Shown here: positions 1 through 10,947 of the stretch, piece by piece
Layout of the letters: each line of letters begins with the position of its first letter
How positions within the stretch are numbered: the first letter of the stretch is position 1
Position numbers and translations under genes: made by a program
NCBI GenBank assembly: GCA_021851865.1
Contig: JAJZBU010000011.1
Coordinates: 1,631-65,630 of the forward strand
Length of the DNA: 64,000 bases
Direction: 5' to 3'
Source of the DNA: Pseudomonadota bacterium
GTDB lineage: Bacteria > Pseudomonadota > Gammaproteobacteria > Pseudomonadales > Moraxellaceae
Notes under the pieces: generated by a model
Databases searched by the model: none
Told to the model about the DNA's origin: nothing
What the model saw: the letters and a program-made list of their open reading frames with translations, nothing else

Positions 1-1
1 G

Positions 2-622
2 CCGTTGATCACCGCCATCGGTGTCTCCATCTTGTTGCAAAATATCGCGCTGCTTGTGTGGGGGCGGGGTTTCATCGCTTTGCCGCAGTCGTTCAGCAAC
101 CATCCATGGCTCTTCGGCGGGGTACGCATCACGCCGGTGCAGGCGGGCATCCTGGGTCTTTGCGCCGGGCTCATGCTCGGGCTGCTGATGCTCGTGCAGC
201 GTAGCTCGCTCGGCCGCAGCATGCGTGCCGTGGCACAAAATGCCGATGCCGCGCGCCTCATGGGCATCGATGTCGATCGCACCATCGCCAGCGCTTTCGT
301 GATCGGCTCGGCCCTGGCGGCCATCGCTGGCCTGATGCTGCTCGCTAATTATGGCCAGGGTGATGCGTCGATGGGATTTCGCTGGGGGCTCAAGGCTTTT
401 TCTGCCGCCGTCCTCGGTGGCATCGGCAATGTCGGCGGCGCCGTGCTCGGCGGTCTCTTGCTCGGCCTCATCGAGAGTTTGGGGGCGGCTTATCTCGGGA
501 CCTGGACGGGGGGCTTCCTGGGTAGTCAGTATGAGGACGTCTTCGCCTTCATGATGCTCATCGCCGTTCTGGTGTTGCGGCCCTCGGGGCTGCTCGGGCG
601 TCCAGCCGCGGAGCGGGCATGA
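2..622 (+). CDS. livH: Branched-chain amino acid (HAAT family) ABC transporter permease, LivH-like; 5' end cut by the window edge
   Basis: The frame is open from the window start. The 205 C-terminal aa are multi-pass hydrophobic with a Gly-rich LivH-type tail (GGIGNVGGAVLGGLLLG). The stop overlaps the next permease start (ATGA, 619-622). Confidence 0.85.
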   Translation, partial: PLITAIGVSILLQNIALLVWGRGFIALPQSFSNHPWLFGGVRITPVQAGILGLCAGLMLGLLMLVQRSSLGRSMRAVAQNADAARLMGIDVDRTIASAFVIGSALAAIAGLMLLANYGQGDASMGFRWGLKAFSAAVLGGIGNVGGAVLGGLLLGLIESLGAAYLGTWTGGFLGSQYEDVFAFMMLIAVLVLRPSGLLGRPAAERA

Positions 623-1641
623 AGTCCTGGGCGCGAACCTCGGTCATGGCGCTGGTGTTGTTGACCCTGCCATGCTGGGTGGCGGCGCTGGGCGGCCCGG
701 CCTGGGTGCGCTATGTCGATTTTGCCCTGCTCTACGCCATGCTCGCCTTGGGGCTCAATGTCGTCGTCGGCTTTGCTGGCCTGCTCGATTTGGGCTACAT
801 CGCTTTTTACGCGGTGGGGGCTTATACCTATGCGCTGTTGTCGTCACCGCAATTGGGTTGGCATGCGCCCAGCCTCCTCGTTCTCGCCCTGTGTCCGCTA
901 CTGGCCGCTTTGGCGGGACTCCTGCTCGGCGCGCCGACGCTGAAGTTGCGCGGTGATTATCTGGCCATCGTTACGCTCGGCTTTGGCGAGATCGTGCGTC
1001 TTTTCTTGAACAACCTCGATCAGCCGATCAATATCACCAATGGTCCACAGGGCATCAGCATGATCGACGCACTGCACTGGGGCACATGGCAGGCGAGTGA
1101 CGGACTGAACCTCGGTATCGGCCATCTCGATGCCGCGGCCACCTTCTATTTCATCGCGTTGACGGTGCTCGTCGGCATGGCGGTGCTGACTTGGCGCTTA
1201 CAGCACTCGCACATCGGTCGTGCCTGGGTGGCTTTGCGTGAAGATGAGCTGGCGGCCGCAGCGATGGGGGTGCCGCGGCGTAATACCAAGCTTCTCGCTT
1301 TCGCTCTCGGCGCCAGCCTAGGTGGATTGGCGGGGGGCTTGTTCGCAGCTTTTCAGGGTTTCGTCAGTCCAGAGAGTTTTTCGCTGATGGAGTCGATCAT
1401 GGTGCTGTGCATGGTGGTCCTCGGCGGCATGGGGCACATCGCCGGCGTCATCACCGGCGCCATCCTGCTCACCCTGGTGCCGGAAATGCTGCGTAGCTTG
1501 ACGCCGTATCTGGGCGTCGGTATCGCTCCGGAAAATCTGCGCATGCTCGTCTTCGGTGCCGCTCTCGTCCTGATGATGATCCTGCGCCCGCAAGGTTTGT
1601 GGCCATCGCCTTTGCGGGCGCGCGAGTGGCGGCATGACTGA
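619..1641 (+). CDS. livM: Branched-chain amino acid ABC transporter permease, LivM-like
   Basis: 340-aa polytopic membrane protein with LivM-type motifs (GLLDLGYIAFYAVGAY, TLGFGEIVR). It is coupled to livH upstream and overlaps livG downstream. Confidence 0.85.
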   Translation: MKSWARTSVMALVLLTLPCWVAALGGPAWVRYVDFALLYAMLALGLNVVVGFAGLLDLGYIAFYAVGAYTYALLSSPQLGWHAPSLLVLALCPLLAALAGLLLGAPTLKLRGDYLAIVTLGFGEIVRLFLNNLDQPINITNGPQGISMIDALHWGTWQASDGLNLGIGHLDAAATFYFIALTVLVGMAVLTWRLQHSHIGRAWVALREDELAAAAMGVPRRNTKLLAFALGASLGGLAGGLFAAFQGFVSPESFSLMESIMVLCMVVLGGMGHIAGVITGAILLTLVPEMLRSLTPYLGVGIAPENLRMLVFGAALVLMMILRPQGLWPSPLRAREWRHD

Positions 1642-2401
1642 CCTTCTGCAGCTGCGCGGCATTGCTAAGCACTTTGGCGGCATACAGGCCTTGCAGGGGG
1701 TCAGCATGAGTGTGCCGCGCGGCAGTCTCTATGGCATGATCGGTCCCAATGGGGCCGGCAAGACGACGCTGTTCAACATCATCACCGGTTTTTATCGCGC
1801 CGACGCCGGTCAGATGCAACTCGCTGGTCAGGATCTGCCTGCACCGCTCGGGCCGGAAGCCCGGGTGGCGCTGGGGATCGCCCGAACCTTTCAGAACATC
1901 CGCCTTTTCTCACAGATGAGCGTGCTCGACAATGTCCTCGTCGGTCGCCATCGCCATACGCGCAGTGGTCTGTGGGCGGCCTTGCTGCGCACCGCCGCCT
2001 GGCGGGCCGATGAAAGCCGGCAGCGCCAAGCCGCCCTGCACTGCCTGCAGCGTGTCGGTCTGGCCGCGCGTGCGCACGATATCGCGGCGGCGCTGTCTTA
2101 TGGTGAACAGCGTCGTCTCGAGATCGCGCGTGCGTTGGCGACCGAGCCCTGTCTGCTTGCTCTCGACGAGCCGGCGGCCGGCATGAATGATGCGGAGCGC
2201 GCCGGTCTCGCCGAGCTCCTTCTCGGGCTGCGCGCCGATGGTTTGACCCTGTTGCTGATCGAACATGACATGCCGTTGATCATGCAGCTGTGTGATCGAG
2301 TCCTGGCGCTCGATTTTGGTGAAGTGGTGATCGAGGCAGATCCGCAGAGCGTGCGGCGTCATCCGCGGGTCATCGCCGCTTACCTGGGAGAAGAGGCATG
2401 A
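1634..2401 (+). CDS. livG: Branched-chain amino acid ABC transporter ATP-binding protein, LivG-like
   Basis: Walker A GPNGAGKTT, ABC signature LSYGEQRRLEIARAL, Walker B LLALDEP, and a LivG-type C-terminus (VIAAYLGE). Confidence 0.9.
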   Translation: MTDLLQLRGIAKHFGGIQALQGVSMSVPRGSLYGMIGPNGAGKTTLFNIITGFYRADAGQMQLAGQDLPAPLGPEARVALGIARTFQNIRLFSQMSVLDNVLVGRHRHTRSGLWAALLRTAAWRADESRQRQAALHCLQRVGLAARAHDIAAALSYGEQRRLEIARALATEPCLLALDEPAAGMNDAERAGLAELLLGLRADGLTLLLIEHDMPLIMQLCDRVLALDFGEVVIEADPQSVRRHPRVIAAYLGEEA

Positions 2402-3108
2402 GTCTGCTGCAGGTGCAGGATTTGCATGTGCACTATGGCGGAATCGCCGCCTTGCGCGGCGTCTCCTTACAGGTGCAAGCGGGCGAGACCGTCGCCGTCA
2501 TCGGCGCCAATGGCGCAGGCAAGAGCTCCCTGCTCAAGGCCATCGCACGCCTGATTCCGGCGCAAGGGCAGCTGAGTTTTATGGGTCAGGATCTGACGGC
2601 TTTCTCCGCGCACCAGCTCAAGGCGCGCGGTTTGGCTTTGGTGCCGGAGGGGCGCGCTATTTTTGCTGACATGAGCGTCGCCGAAAACCTGCAACTCGGC
2701 GCCTATGGTCGCCAGGACGTGGCGGCCGTGGCCTCGGACATGGAAGCATTGTGTCAGCGGCTACCGCGTCTACGCGAGCGCTGGCGGCAGCGCGCCGGTA
2801 CGCTCTCCGGCGGCGAGCAACAGATGCTGGCCATGGCGCGCGCCCTGCTCGGGCGGCCACAGCTGTTGCTGCTCGATGAGCCGTCGATGGGGTTGGCGCC
2901 GATCATGGTGCAGCAGATCTATAGCATGATCGCGGAAGTGCAAAACCAGGGTGTGGCCATCCTGCTCGTTGAACAGGCGGCACGGCGAGCCTTGCAGATT
3001 TGTTCGCAGGCTCTGGTGCTTGAGCAGGGGCGAGTGGTCCTGGCGGGGGCGGGAAACGAGCTCGCCAACGACGACCGCGTTCGCCGCGTCTACCTCGGTG
3101 GGGACTGA
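2398..3108 (+). CDS. livF: Branched-chain amino acid ABC transporter ATP-binding protein, LivF-like
   Basis: Walker A GANGAGKSS, signature LSGGEQQMLAMARAL, Walker B LLLLDEP. ATGA overlap with livG. Confidence 0.9.
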   Translation: MSLLQVQDLHVHYGGIAALRGVSLQVQAGETVAVIGANGAGKSSLLKAIARLIPAQGQLSFMGQDLTAFSAHQLKARGLALVPEGRAIFADMSVAENLQLGAYGRQDVAAVASDMEALCQRLPRLRERWRQRAGTLSGGEQQMLAMARALLGRPQLLLLDEPSMGLAPIMVQQIYSMIAEVQNQGVAILLVEQAARRALQICSQALVLEQGRVVLAGAGNELANDDRVRRVYLGGD

Positions 3109-3167
3109 TCAGCTGGCGACCTGCATGCTATCATGCCGACCTTGATTTTCTGCGACAGGAGTTCCGG

Positions 3168-4460
3168 ATGGACAGAGCCTCGTTACGTGTCGGTGTCATC
3201 GGCCTCGGTTATGTCGGGTTGCCCCTGGCGCTGGCCTTCGGTCGTGTCATGGAGACGCTGGGCTTTGATATCCATGAGAAAAAACTCGCTGCCTATCGCC
3301 GTGGTGTCGATCCCACGGGCGAGATGAGCGCCGAGCAGATGCATTCGGCGGCAAAGTTGCGCTATAGCAGCGATCCTGCTGCCTTGGCGGATTGTGACTT
3401 TCTGGTGGTGGCGGTGCCGACGCCGGTCGATGCGGCGCGACAGCCTGACCTGACGCCGGTCATCCGTGCCAGCGAGAGCATCGCGCCCTTTCTCAAGGCG
3501 GGGGCCGTCGTCATCTATGAATCGACGGTCTATCCCGGCGTCACCGAAGAAGTCTGTGTTCCCGTGCTCGAGCGTGGTTCTGGCAAACGTCGTGGTCGCG
3601 ACTTCTTCATGGGCTATTCGCCAGAGCGCATCAATCCCGGTGATCATGAGCATCGCCTGGAGAATATCGTCAAAGTGGTAGCGGGCGAAGACGCGGCGAC
3701 GCTCGACAAGGTCGCCTGGCTCTATACCCAGATCGTCGAGGCCGGGGTCTACCGCGCTTCTTCGATCCGCGTCGCTGAGGCCGCCAAGGTGATCGAAAAC
3801 ACCCAGCGCGACGTCAATATTGCGCTGATCAATGAACTCGCCCTGATCTTTCACCGTCTCGGTATCGATACGCGTGAAGTCCTCGATGCGGCTGCGACGA
3901 AATGGAACTTTCTCCGCTTCTCGCCGGGTTTGGTCGGCGGCCACTGCATCGGCGTCGATCCTTACTATCTGACGTATAAGGCGCAGGAACTCGGCTATCA
4001 CCCGGAAGTCATTCTCGCCGGACGGCGCATCAACGACGGCATGGGGGCCTATATCGCCAAGCATACGGTGAAGAGGGTCATTCAGGCGGGGCTGCCGGTG
4101 AAGGGCGCTCGTATTCTGGTGATGGGCTTCACCTTCAAGGAAAATTGCGCCGATACGCGTAATACCCGCGTCGTCGATATCGTCGCTGAATTGCGTGATT
4201 ATGGCGCCGAGGTCGTAATCTGGGATCCGGTGGCCGATCCGGAAGAGGTGCGCCATGAATATGGCCTCGCCCTGAGTGACTGGCAGGCAGAGGGAGAGTA
4301 TGTGGCGGTGGTGGCGGCGGTCGCGCATGCGCAGGTCTGCGCTATCGACCTTCAGTCCTTGGCGCGTTGCTGTCAGCCGGGGGCGGTCTTCATGGATGTG
4401 AAGTCGGCCTTCGATCGACAGGCCTTGCGTGATGCCGGTATGGGAGTATGGCGGTTATGA
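3168..4460 (+). CDS. Nucleotide-sugar 6-dehydrogenase of the UDP-N-acetylhexosamine type (TviB/WbpO/VipA-like)
   Basis: N-terminal Rossmann motif [14 protein letters not shown], catalytic-Cys region [12 protein letters not shown], 430 aa. A CAGGAG Shine-Dalgarno lies upstream. The exact substrate cannot be read from sequence alone. Confidence 0.8.
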   Translation: MDRASLRVGVIGLGYVGLPLALAFGRVMETLGFDIHEKKLAAYRRGVDPTGEMSAEQMHSAAKLRYSSDPAALADCDFLVVAVPTPVDAARQPDLTPVIRASESIAPFLKAGAVVIYESTVYPGVTEEVCVPVLERGSGKRRGRDFFMGYSPERINPGDHEHRLENIVKVVAGEDAATLDKVAWLYTQIVEAGVYRASSIRVAEAAKVIENTQRDVNIALINELALIFHRLGIDTREVLDAAATKWNFLRFSPGLVGGHCIGVDPYYLTYKAQELGYHPEVILAGRRINDGMGAYIAKHTVKRVIQAGLPVKGARILVMGFTFKENCADTRNTRVVDIVAELRDYGAEVVIWDPVADPEEVRHEYGLALSDWQAEGEYVAVVAAVAHAQVCAIDLQSLARCCQPGAVFMDVKSAFDRQALRDAGMGVWRL

Positions 4461-5464
4461 AAATCCTGGTGACGGGCGCGGCGGGCTTCATCGGTTCGCA
4501 ATTGGCTTTGCGTCTTCTCGCGCGCGGCGATGAGGTGGTCGGCCTCGATAACATGAACGACTACTACGATGTGTCGCTCAAGCAGGCGCGTTTGGATCGC
4601 CTCCTGCCGCAGGCCGGCTTTCGTTTTGTGCGTGCCGACATCGCTGATCGACCGGCCATGGCCGATCTTTTTGCGCGTGAGAAATTCGACAAGGTGGTCA
4701 ATCTCGCGGCTCAGGCCGGGGTGCGCTACTCGCTGCAAAATCCGCACGCCTACGTCGACAGCAATATCGTCGGATTCGTCAATCTCCTCGAAGGTTGTCG
4801 CCATCATGGTGTCCAGCATTTTGTCTATGCCTCGAGCAGTTCGGTCTATGGCGCCAATGAGAATCTGCCTTTTTCCGTGCATGACAACGTCGATCATCCG
4901 CTGTCGCTGTACGCGGCGAGCAAAAAAGCCAATGAACTGATGGCGCACACCTATAGCCATCTGTACGCCTTGCCGACGACGGGCCTGCGTTTCTTTACCG
5001 TCTACGGCCCTTGGGGGCGCCCCGATATGGCGCTGTTTCTGTTCACCAAGGCCATCCTCGCCGGGGAGCCGATCGACGTCTTCAACCACGGTCGGCACCG
5101 GCGCGACTTCACCTATATCGATGACATCGTCGAGGGCGTTCTGCGCGTTCTCGATCATGTCGCTGTCGCCAATCCAGCCTGGTCGGGTGCGCATCCGGAT
5201 CCGGCGACCTCGCGTGCGCCCTGGCGGGTTTACAATATTGGTCATCACCAGCCAGTCGAATTGATGCACTATATTCACCTGATCGAGCAGGCCGTGGGGC
5301 GTCCGGCCAGCCTGCGACTTCTGCCTTTGCAGCCGGGTGATGTCCCTGACACGCACGCCGATGTGCAGGCACTCATGGATGATGTGGGGTACGCTCCGGC
5401 GACCCCGGTAGAAGAAGGAGTGCAGCGTTTTGTCGACTGGTACCGCGCTTACTATGGCGTGTGA
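4457..5464 (+). CDS. NAD-dependent sugar-nucleotide 4-epimerase (extended SDR), UDP-glucuronate 4-epimerase-like
   Basis: GAAGFIG Rossmann motif, YAASKKANE (YxxxK), and [15 protein letters not shown] / [12 protein letters not shown] motifs typical of UDP-GlcA 4-epimerases. ATG 4457 is preferred over 4448: GGGAG lies 10 nt upstream and there is an ATGA overlap with the upstream stop. Confidence 0.8.
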   Translation: MKILVTGAAGFIGSQLALRLLARGDEVVGLDNMNDYYDVSLKQARLDRLLPQAGFRFVRADIADRPAMADLFAREKFDKVVNLAAQAGVRYSLQNPHAYVDSNIVGFVNLLEGCRHHGVQHFVYASSSSVYGANENLPFSVHDNVDHPLSLYAASKKANELMAHTYSHLYALPTTGLRFFTVYGPWGRPDMALFLFTKAILAGEPIDVFNHGRHRRDFTYIDDIVEGVLRVLDHVAVANPAWSGAHPDPATSRAPWRVYNIGHHQPVELMHYIHLIEQAVGRPASLRLLPLQPGDVPDTHADVQALMDDVGYAPATPVEEGVQRFVDWYRAYYGV

Positions 5465-7055
5465 GCGGCCATTCTTGCTCTTGCAGGGGGAGCGTCAGCG
5501 CCTCGCCCACTTTTCTCTGCGTGCAGCCTTGCAGCAGGACGCACAGCGGGTGCAGCGTTATGCGCTGCAGGTCGGCGATCTCTACGCCGATTTTTCACGG
5601 CATCTCATCGATGACGCAGCCTTGTCGCAGCTGGAAGCGCATGGCCGCAGCGTCGGTATGGCGCAGGCCCTCGATCACTTGCAGGCGGGACGCCAGGTCA
5701 ATCCCTCGGAGAAGCAGGCGGCGCATCATCTGGCCTCGCGTGATCTTGGCGCGGTGACGGCGGATGCCGCTGCGCGCGGCGCGATCGAAGCGCAAAGACG
5801 ACAACTCTTTCATCTGCTCGCGGCTTTGCGGCGTGGAGATATTCGCGGTGCGCGCGGTGCCACCATCGACACCCTGGTCAACATCGGGGTCGGCGGCTCC
5901 GATCTCGGCGCCGCCATGGCGGTCGAGGCGCTGCAAAGCTTTGCGCAGGCGCCCTTCAAGGTGCATTTCATCAGCTCCATCGACGGCGTCGCCATCCACG
6001 ATCTGCTGACGCGCATCGATGTCGATCGCAGCCTGTTCATCATGGCGTCGAAGTCCTTCACCACGGCGGATGCCTGGGCCAACCTGCAGACGGTGCGGGA
6101 GGCGCTGGTGGCGCGCGGGTACCGTGAGGAAGAGTGCCGTCGCCATATCGCCGGCATTTCTGCCCATCCCGAGCGGATGCGGGCGGCGGGTATTCCGGAA
6201 GACCTGCAATTGCACATCCTGCCGACCATCGGCGGCCGCTTCAGCTTGTCTTCGAACATGGGCCTGGTGCTCGCGGCCAGTCTTGGTGAGGCCGGGTTCA
6301 TGGATTTTCTCGCCGGCATGCACGCCATGGATCGGCACACCCTGGCGCTGGCTGAACGCAGCATGCCGGGGCGCATGGCTCTGTTGACTTGGTGGTATGC
6401 CGAGTTCTGGCAGGCCAGGGCGCAGGCCATTCTGCCCTACCATCAGCGTTTGGCGCATCTGCCGCGCTATCTGGCGCAACTGGAGATGGAGAGCCTGGGC
6501 AAGGCCTGCGACGGCGCCGGGCAGACCCTGCAGCACGCCGGTCAGGTGGTGTTTGGCGACGTTGGCAGCAATGCTCAGCACGCTTTCATGCAACTTTTGC
6601 ATCAGGGAACGCATTGTATTCCCGCCGACATCATCGCTTTTGTCAATCTGCCGGAGAGCAACCGGCGGCACGCCGACCTCAATCTCGCCAATGCCTTGGC
6701 GCAAGGTCGTGCCCTGGCGCTCGGCTACACCCTGAGCGAGGCGCAGCAGGAGTTTCCCGATGAGGGTGAGGCCAGCTGGCGCTGTCGCGTGCATCCGGGT
6801 AATCGGCCCAGTACCACTTTGCTAGCGCCCTGCCTGGACGCGTACCATCTCGGCAGTCTGATCGCTCTTTACGAGCACAAGACCTTTTTGCTGGCCCAGC
6901 TCTGGCGGGTCAATCCGTTCGATCAGATGGGGGTCGAGCTCGGTAAGCGCTTGGCCAAGCCATTGATCGGGTTGTTGGCGGGACAGCGGCAGGAGATGGC
7001 GTTAGACGCATCGACGGCGGCGCTGCTCACCCAGATCGCTGCCTATCGCCGTTGA
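5454..7055 (+). CDS. pgi: Glucose-6-phosphate isomerase
   Basis: PGI/SIS motifs ([40 protein letters not shown]). The start is uncertain: ATG 5454 is preferred over the TTG at 5430 used by the ORF track, and it overlaps the epimerase 3' end. Confidence 0.9.
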   Translation: MACERPFLLLQGERQRLAHFSLRAALQQDAQRVQRYALQVGDLYADFSRHLIDDAALSQLEAHGRSVGMAQALDHLQAGRQVNPSEKQAAHHLASRDLGAVTADAAARGAIEAQRRQLFHLLAALRRGDIRGARGATIDTLVNIGVGGSDLGAAMAVEALQSFAQAPFKVHFISSIDGVAIHDLLTRIDVDRSLFIMASKSFTTADAWANLQTVREALVARGYREEECRRHIAGISAHPERMRAAGIPEDLQLHILPTIGGRFSLSSNMGLVLAASLGEAGFMDFLAGMHAMDRHTLALAERSMPGRMALLTWWYAEFWQARAQAILPYHQRLAHLPRYLAQLEMESLGKACDGAGQTLQHAGQVVFGDVGSNAQHAFMQLLHQGTHCIPADIIAFVNLPESNRRHADLNLANALAQGRALALGYTLSEAQQEFPDEGEASWRCRVHPGNRPSTTLLAPCLDAYHLGSLIALYEHKTFLLAQLWRVNPFDQMGVELGKRLAKPLIGLLAGQRQEMALDASTAALLTQIAAYRR

Positions 7056-7082
7056 TAGGCAGCCAGCTCTTGCGATGAGGAG

Positions 7083-8414
7083 ATGATGATGAAATTGGTG
7101 GTGGTCGGCACGGGCTATGTCGGTTTGGTCACAGGCACCTGTTTTGCTGAGATGGGTAACGAGGTCATCTGCGTCGATCAAGACGTCGACAAGCTGTCGC
7201 GCCTGCGGCAGGGGCAGGTGCCGATCTATGAACCCGGTCTTGAACCCATGGTGCAGGACAATGTGCGGGCGGGGCGTCTCAGCTTCACCAGCGATCTCGG
7301 CACCGCTCTGCTGGGGGCGAGCATGGCCTTCATCGCCGTCGGCACGCCGAGCGGTGAAGATGGTCGTGCCGATCTGAGCCAGGTCCTGACGGTGGCCCGG
7401 GACATCGCTCAGCATATGCAGGCGCCGCTGCTCGTCGTCAACAAGTCGACCGTGCCGGTGGGGACGGGTGATCGTGTCAGCGACATCCTGCAGGAGGGTT
7501 TGCAGCGCCGCGGTCTCGATCTTGCGGTCGAGGTGGTGAGCAATCCCGAGTTTCTCAAGGAAGGCGCCGCCATCGAGGACTTCATGCGCCCCGATCGTAT
7601 CATCGTCGGCACCGACCAGGCGCGTGCGCGCTCTCTTATGGAGACTTTGTACGCCCCCTTCATGCGCAATCATCACAAATTGATGTTCATGGGGCGGCGC
7701 GACGCCGAGATGAGCAAATACGCCGCCAATGCCATGCTGGCGACGAAGATCTCCTTCATCAATGAAATGGCGTTGCTGGCGGAATCCTTGGGCGCCGACA
7801 TCGAGCAGGTGCGACAAGGCATCGGTGCCGACCAGCGCATCGGCTACCACTTCATCTATCCGGGCTGCGGCTATGGGGGGTCCTGCTTTCCTAAAGACGT
7901 CAAAGCCCTGATCGGCATGGCGCAGGAGGCCGGTATCGCGCCATCCCTGCTGCAGGCGGTCGAGGCGCGTAACCAGGCGCAGAAGGAAAGACTGTTCGCC
8001 AAGCTCGAGCAGCATCTCGGTACGCTCGCGCAGCGTCGCATCGCCGTCTGGGGTTTGGCCTTCAAACCCGGCACCGATGATACGCGCGAGGCTCCCGCCA
8101 CTCGTCTCCTGCAGCAGCTGCTGGCGGCAGGGGCGCAAGTGCGGGCGCACGATCCTGTCGCCATGGCGCACTCGCGCCGGGAGTTCGCTGCCGCTTGCGC
8201 CGCAGGGTCGCTGATCTATGTCGAAGATCCTTATGATGCGGTGGAGGGGGCGGATGCCCTGGTGCTGGTGACCGAGTGGAAGCCCTACCGGCAGCCAGAT
8301 TTTCTGCGCTTACGGCAGCGTATGCGCACCCCCCTCATCATCGATGGCCGCAATCAATATCAGCCGGCCGCACTGCGCGAGCTGGGTTTTATCTACAGTG
8401 GTATCGGCCGCTGA
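7083..8414 (+). CDS. ugd: UDP-glucose 6-dehydrogenase
   Basis: VVVGTGYVGLVTGTCFAEMG Rossmann motif, catalytic-Cys motif GGSCFPKD, 443 aa. Confidence 0.9.
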   Translation: MMMKLVVVGTGYVGLVTGTCFAEMGNEVICVDQDVDKLSRLRQGQVPIYEPGLEPMVQDNVRAGRLSFTSDLGTALLGASMAFIAVGTPSGEDGRADLSQVLTVARDIAQHMQAPLLVVNKSTVPVGTGDRVSDILQEGLQRRGLDLAVEVVSNPEFLKEGAAIEDFMRPDRIIVGTDQARARSLMETLYAPFMRNHHKLMFMGRRDAEMSKYAANAMLATKISFINEMALLAESLGADIEQVRQGIGADQRIGYHFIYPGCGYGGSCFPKDVKALIGMAQEAGIAPSLLQAVEARNQAQKERLFAKLEQHLGTLAQRRIAVWGLAFKPGTDDTREAPATRLLQQLLAAGAQVRAHDPVAMAHSRREFAAACAAGSLIYVEDPYDAVEGADALVLVTEWKPYRQPDFLRLRQRMRTPLIIDGRNQYQPAALRELGFIYSGIGR

Positions 8415-8446
8415 GTGCAGCCGGCAGTTGACCCCCAGGAGCTCTC

Positions 8447-9931
8447 ATGTCGGCTTTACTCGCCCTCGATCAGGGAACGACCAGTACCCGCGCCATCTTG
8501 TTCGATCTCGACGGGCACAAACTGGCGATGGCGCAGCGTGAGCTGCAGCAGTATTTTCCGCAGGATGGCTGGGTCGAGCACGAGCCGGAAGAGATTTGGC
8601 AGGCGAGCTTGGCGGTTTGCCGGCAGGTGATCGAACAGGCGGGGCTGACCGCTGTCGACGTTCTCGCCATGGGCATCACCAATCAACGCGAAACGACCGT
8701 GTTGTGGGACAAGGCGAGTGGTCGCGCTCTGCATCGCGCCATCGTCTGGCAGGATCGACGGACGGCGGCGCGGTGTGCCGATCTCAAAGCCGCCGGCTGG
8801 GAGGAGGTCATCCAGGCGCGTACTGGGCTGCTTCTCGATCCCTACTTCTCGGCCACCAAACTCGAGTGGCTGCTCGATCATATTCCTCAGGCGCGTGAAC
8901 GCGCTGCACGCGGTGAGCTCGCTTTTGGCACCATCGACAGCTGGTTGCTCTGGAACCTCAGTGGTGGTCAGGTGCATGCCACCGACGCCAGCAATGCTTC
9001 CCGGACCATGCTCTTCGACATCGAGCGACAGGCGTGGGATGAAGAACTGCTGGCGCTGTTTCGTATTCCTGCCGCTTTGTTGCCGCAGGTGTGCGACAGC
9101 AGTCATCTTTACGCCCAAACACGCGCGGACCATCTCGGGGCGCCGATCGCCATCGCCGGCATCGCCGGTGATCAACAGGCGGCCCTCTTTGGGCAGGCCT
9201 GTTTTGCGCCGGGCATGGTCAAGAGTACTTACGGCACCGGCTGTTTCATGATGATGAACACCGGACAACACCGCCTGCATTCGCACAATCGCCTGCTCAG
9301 CACGGTGGCGTATCGTCTGCAGGGACGCTGCACCTATGCGCTCGAAGGCAGCATCTTCGTGGCGGGAGCGGCGGTGCAGTGGCTGCGTGATGGACTGCAG
9401 CTGATCGCGCATGCCAGCGAGACGGAACGCATCGCGAGCGAGGCCGGGGAGGCGAAGGGCGTCTATCTGGTGCCGGCCTTCACCGGCCTCGGCGCGCCCT
9501 ACTGGGATCCGCACGCGCGTGGCGCCATTCTCGGTCTGACCCGCGATACCGGCATCGGCGAGATCGTCACCGCCGGCTTGCAGTCGGTCGGTTTTCAGAC
9601 GCGAGATCTGGTCGAGGCCATGCGCCGTGACGGCGCCGCCGATTTCACCGCCTTGCGTGTCGATGGCGGCATGGTGGTCAACAACTGGTTGCTGCAGTCG
9701 CTGGCCGATCTCACCGGAGTGCCTGTCGATCGTCCGCAGGTGACCGAGACGACGGCTCTGGGCGCGGCCTATCTGGCTGGGCTCGCGGTGCAGGCCTGGC
9801 CGGATGCGGCGACCCTGAGCCAGCTGTGGCGTTGTGATCGGCATGTCGAACCGGCGATGCCGGCAGAACAGTGCGAGAGCCTCTATGCTGGATGGAAGGA
9901 GGCGGTCGGCCGTGTCGCCAGTCGTCTGTAA
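8447..9931 (+). CDS. glpK: Glycerol kinase
   Basis: FGGY kinase motifs [26 protein letters not shown] and [13 protein letters not shown]; 494 aa. Confidence 0.95.
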   Translation: MSALLALDQGTTSTRAILFDLDGHKLAMAQRELQQYFPQDGWVEHEPEEIWQASLAVCRQVIEQAGLTAVDVLAMGITNQRETTVLWDKASGRALHRAIVWQDRRTAARCADLKAAGWEEVIQARTGLLLDPYFSATKLEWLLDHIPQARERAARGELAFGTIDSWLLWNLSGGQVHATDASNASRTMLFDIERQAWDEELLALFRIPAALLPQVCDSSHLYAQTRADHLGAPIAIAGIAGDQQAALFGQACFAPGMVKSTYGTGCFMMMNTGQHRLHSHNRLLSTVAYRLQGRCTYALEGSIFVAGAAVQWLRDGLQLIAHASETERIASEAGEAKGVYLVPAFTGLGAPYWDPHARGAILGLTRDTGIGEIVTAGLQSVGFQTRDLVEAMRRDGAADFTALRVDGGMVVNNWLLQSLADLTGVPVDRPQVTETTALGAAYLAGLAVQAWPDAATLSQLWRCDRHVEPAMPAEQCESLYAGWKEAVGRVASRL

Positions 9932-9939
9932 AGGAGAGC

Positions 9940-10494
9940 ATGATGATCCGCTGCTGGTGTCTGATCTGCTTGTTGTTCAGTCTGTCGGCGTCGGCTGACC
10001 CATGGCCGTTTCGTGCCGCCCTGTCTTTTTCATCGGCGCAAGTGCATGACGACGCCGGGGCGGAGACGTCACATCCGGCGGTGATGAACTTCAACCTCGG
10101 CTATGATCCCCTGCCCTATGCCGGTGTCGAGGTCGAAGGCAGTACGGGGGTGGCGGACGCCCAGGGAAGCAACTGCACGCTGACCTGTGTCAGCACCAAT
10201 GTCAGCGAGCGCGCTGGTTTTTTGGCCCTGGCGCGGCTGAGCTGGCCGCAGGGACGGGTGCGTCCCTACCTGCGCGCTGGTGCTGGCGACTGGCGACTGC
10301 AGACGAGTGTCGGCGCTGCTGTGCCGACGCTGACGGCTTGGCATGTCGTCGCCGCCGGTGGCGGGATCGCCTGGCAGATCGATCAGCGTAGCAGTCTGTT
10401 CATCGACGCTTTGCGCCTGCACGCGACGGTGGGGGATATCCACCTGTACAGCCTGGGTTTTGCCCAGCGCTTTGACTTCTCCGGCCGCTATTGA
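9940..10494 (+). CDS. Small outer-membrane beta-barrel protein (OmpW/OmpA-barrel-like), function unknown
   Basis: AAGGAGAG Shine-Dalgarno directly upstream of ATG 9940. Sec signal peptide (MMIRCWCLICLLFSLSASA/DP). Alternating hydrophobic beta-strand pattern and an aromatic C-terminus (FDFSGRY). Confidence 0.5.
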   Translation: MMIRCWCLICLLFSLSASADPWPFRAALSFSSAQVHDDAGAETSHPAVMNFNLGYDPLPYAGVEVEGSTGVADAQGSNCTLTCVSTNVSERAGFLALARLSWPQGRVRPYLRAGAGDWRLQTSVGAAVPTLTAWHVVAAGGGIAWQIDQRSSLFIDALRLHATVGDIHLYSLGFAQRFDFSGRY

Positions 10495-10506
10495 GGACTG
10501 AATTTC

Positions 10507-10941
10507 TTGCGTGAAGCTCGTCGTGGCGAAAGATGTTTGGCCTTCATCGCTGACCTGATGTTGTGGGTCAGCCTCGTTCTGCTCATCGACTATGCCCTGG
10601 CCATGGGCTTGATGCTGTGGGCACCAGCCCTGCGCGCGCAAACCGGCGTCGTCATCGTCGTGCATGTGCTGCTAGCGTGGCTGTACTGGGCCCTGCCTTT
10701 GACCTGGCCGATGCAGGCGAGTATGGGTCAGTGGATGGTCGGACTGCGCGTCGTGCGCGCCGAAGATGCCGGGCCTTTGTCTTGGCGAAGGGCGAGTCGC
10801 CGCTTCTTCTGGCAGTTGCTCGGGCAGCTGGCGGGCGGAGTTGGCGCTTGGCCACTGCTATGTGGGCGCGCGCCCTACTACGATGGTCTCAGCCAGACGC
10901 GCGTGGTTCTGGCGCCGTCGCGCGTCGCCATCGACGCCTGA
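10507..10941 (+). CDS. RDD-family integral membrane protein
   Basis: N-terminal RxxAxxxD-type motif (GERCLAFIADLMLW), two or three TM helices, and a C-terminal YYDGLSQTRVV resembling the RDD-family H/YDrlagT.V motif. TTG start, so the start is uncertain. Confidence 0.5.
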   Translation: MREARRGERCLAFIADLMLWVSLVLLIDYALAMGLMLWAPALRAQTGVVIVVHVLLAWLYWALPLTWPMQASMGQWMVGLRVVRAEDAGPLSWRRASRRFFWQLLGQLAGGVGAWPLLCGRAPYYDGLSQTRVVLAPSRVAIDA

Positions 10942-10947
10942 GACACG

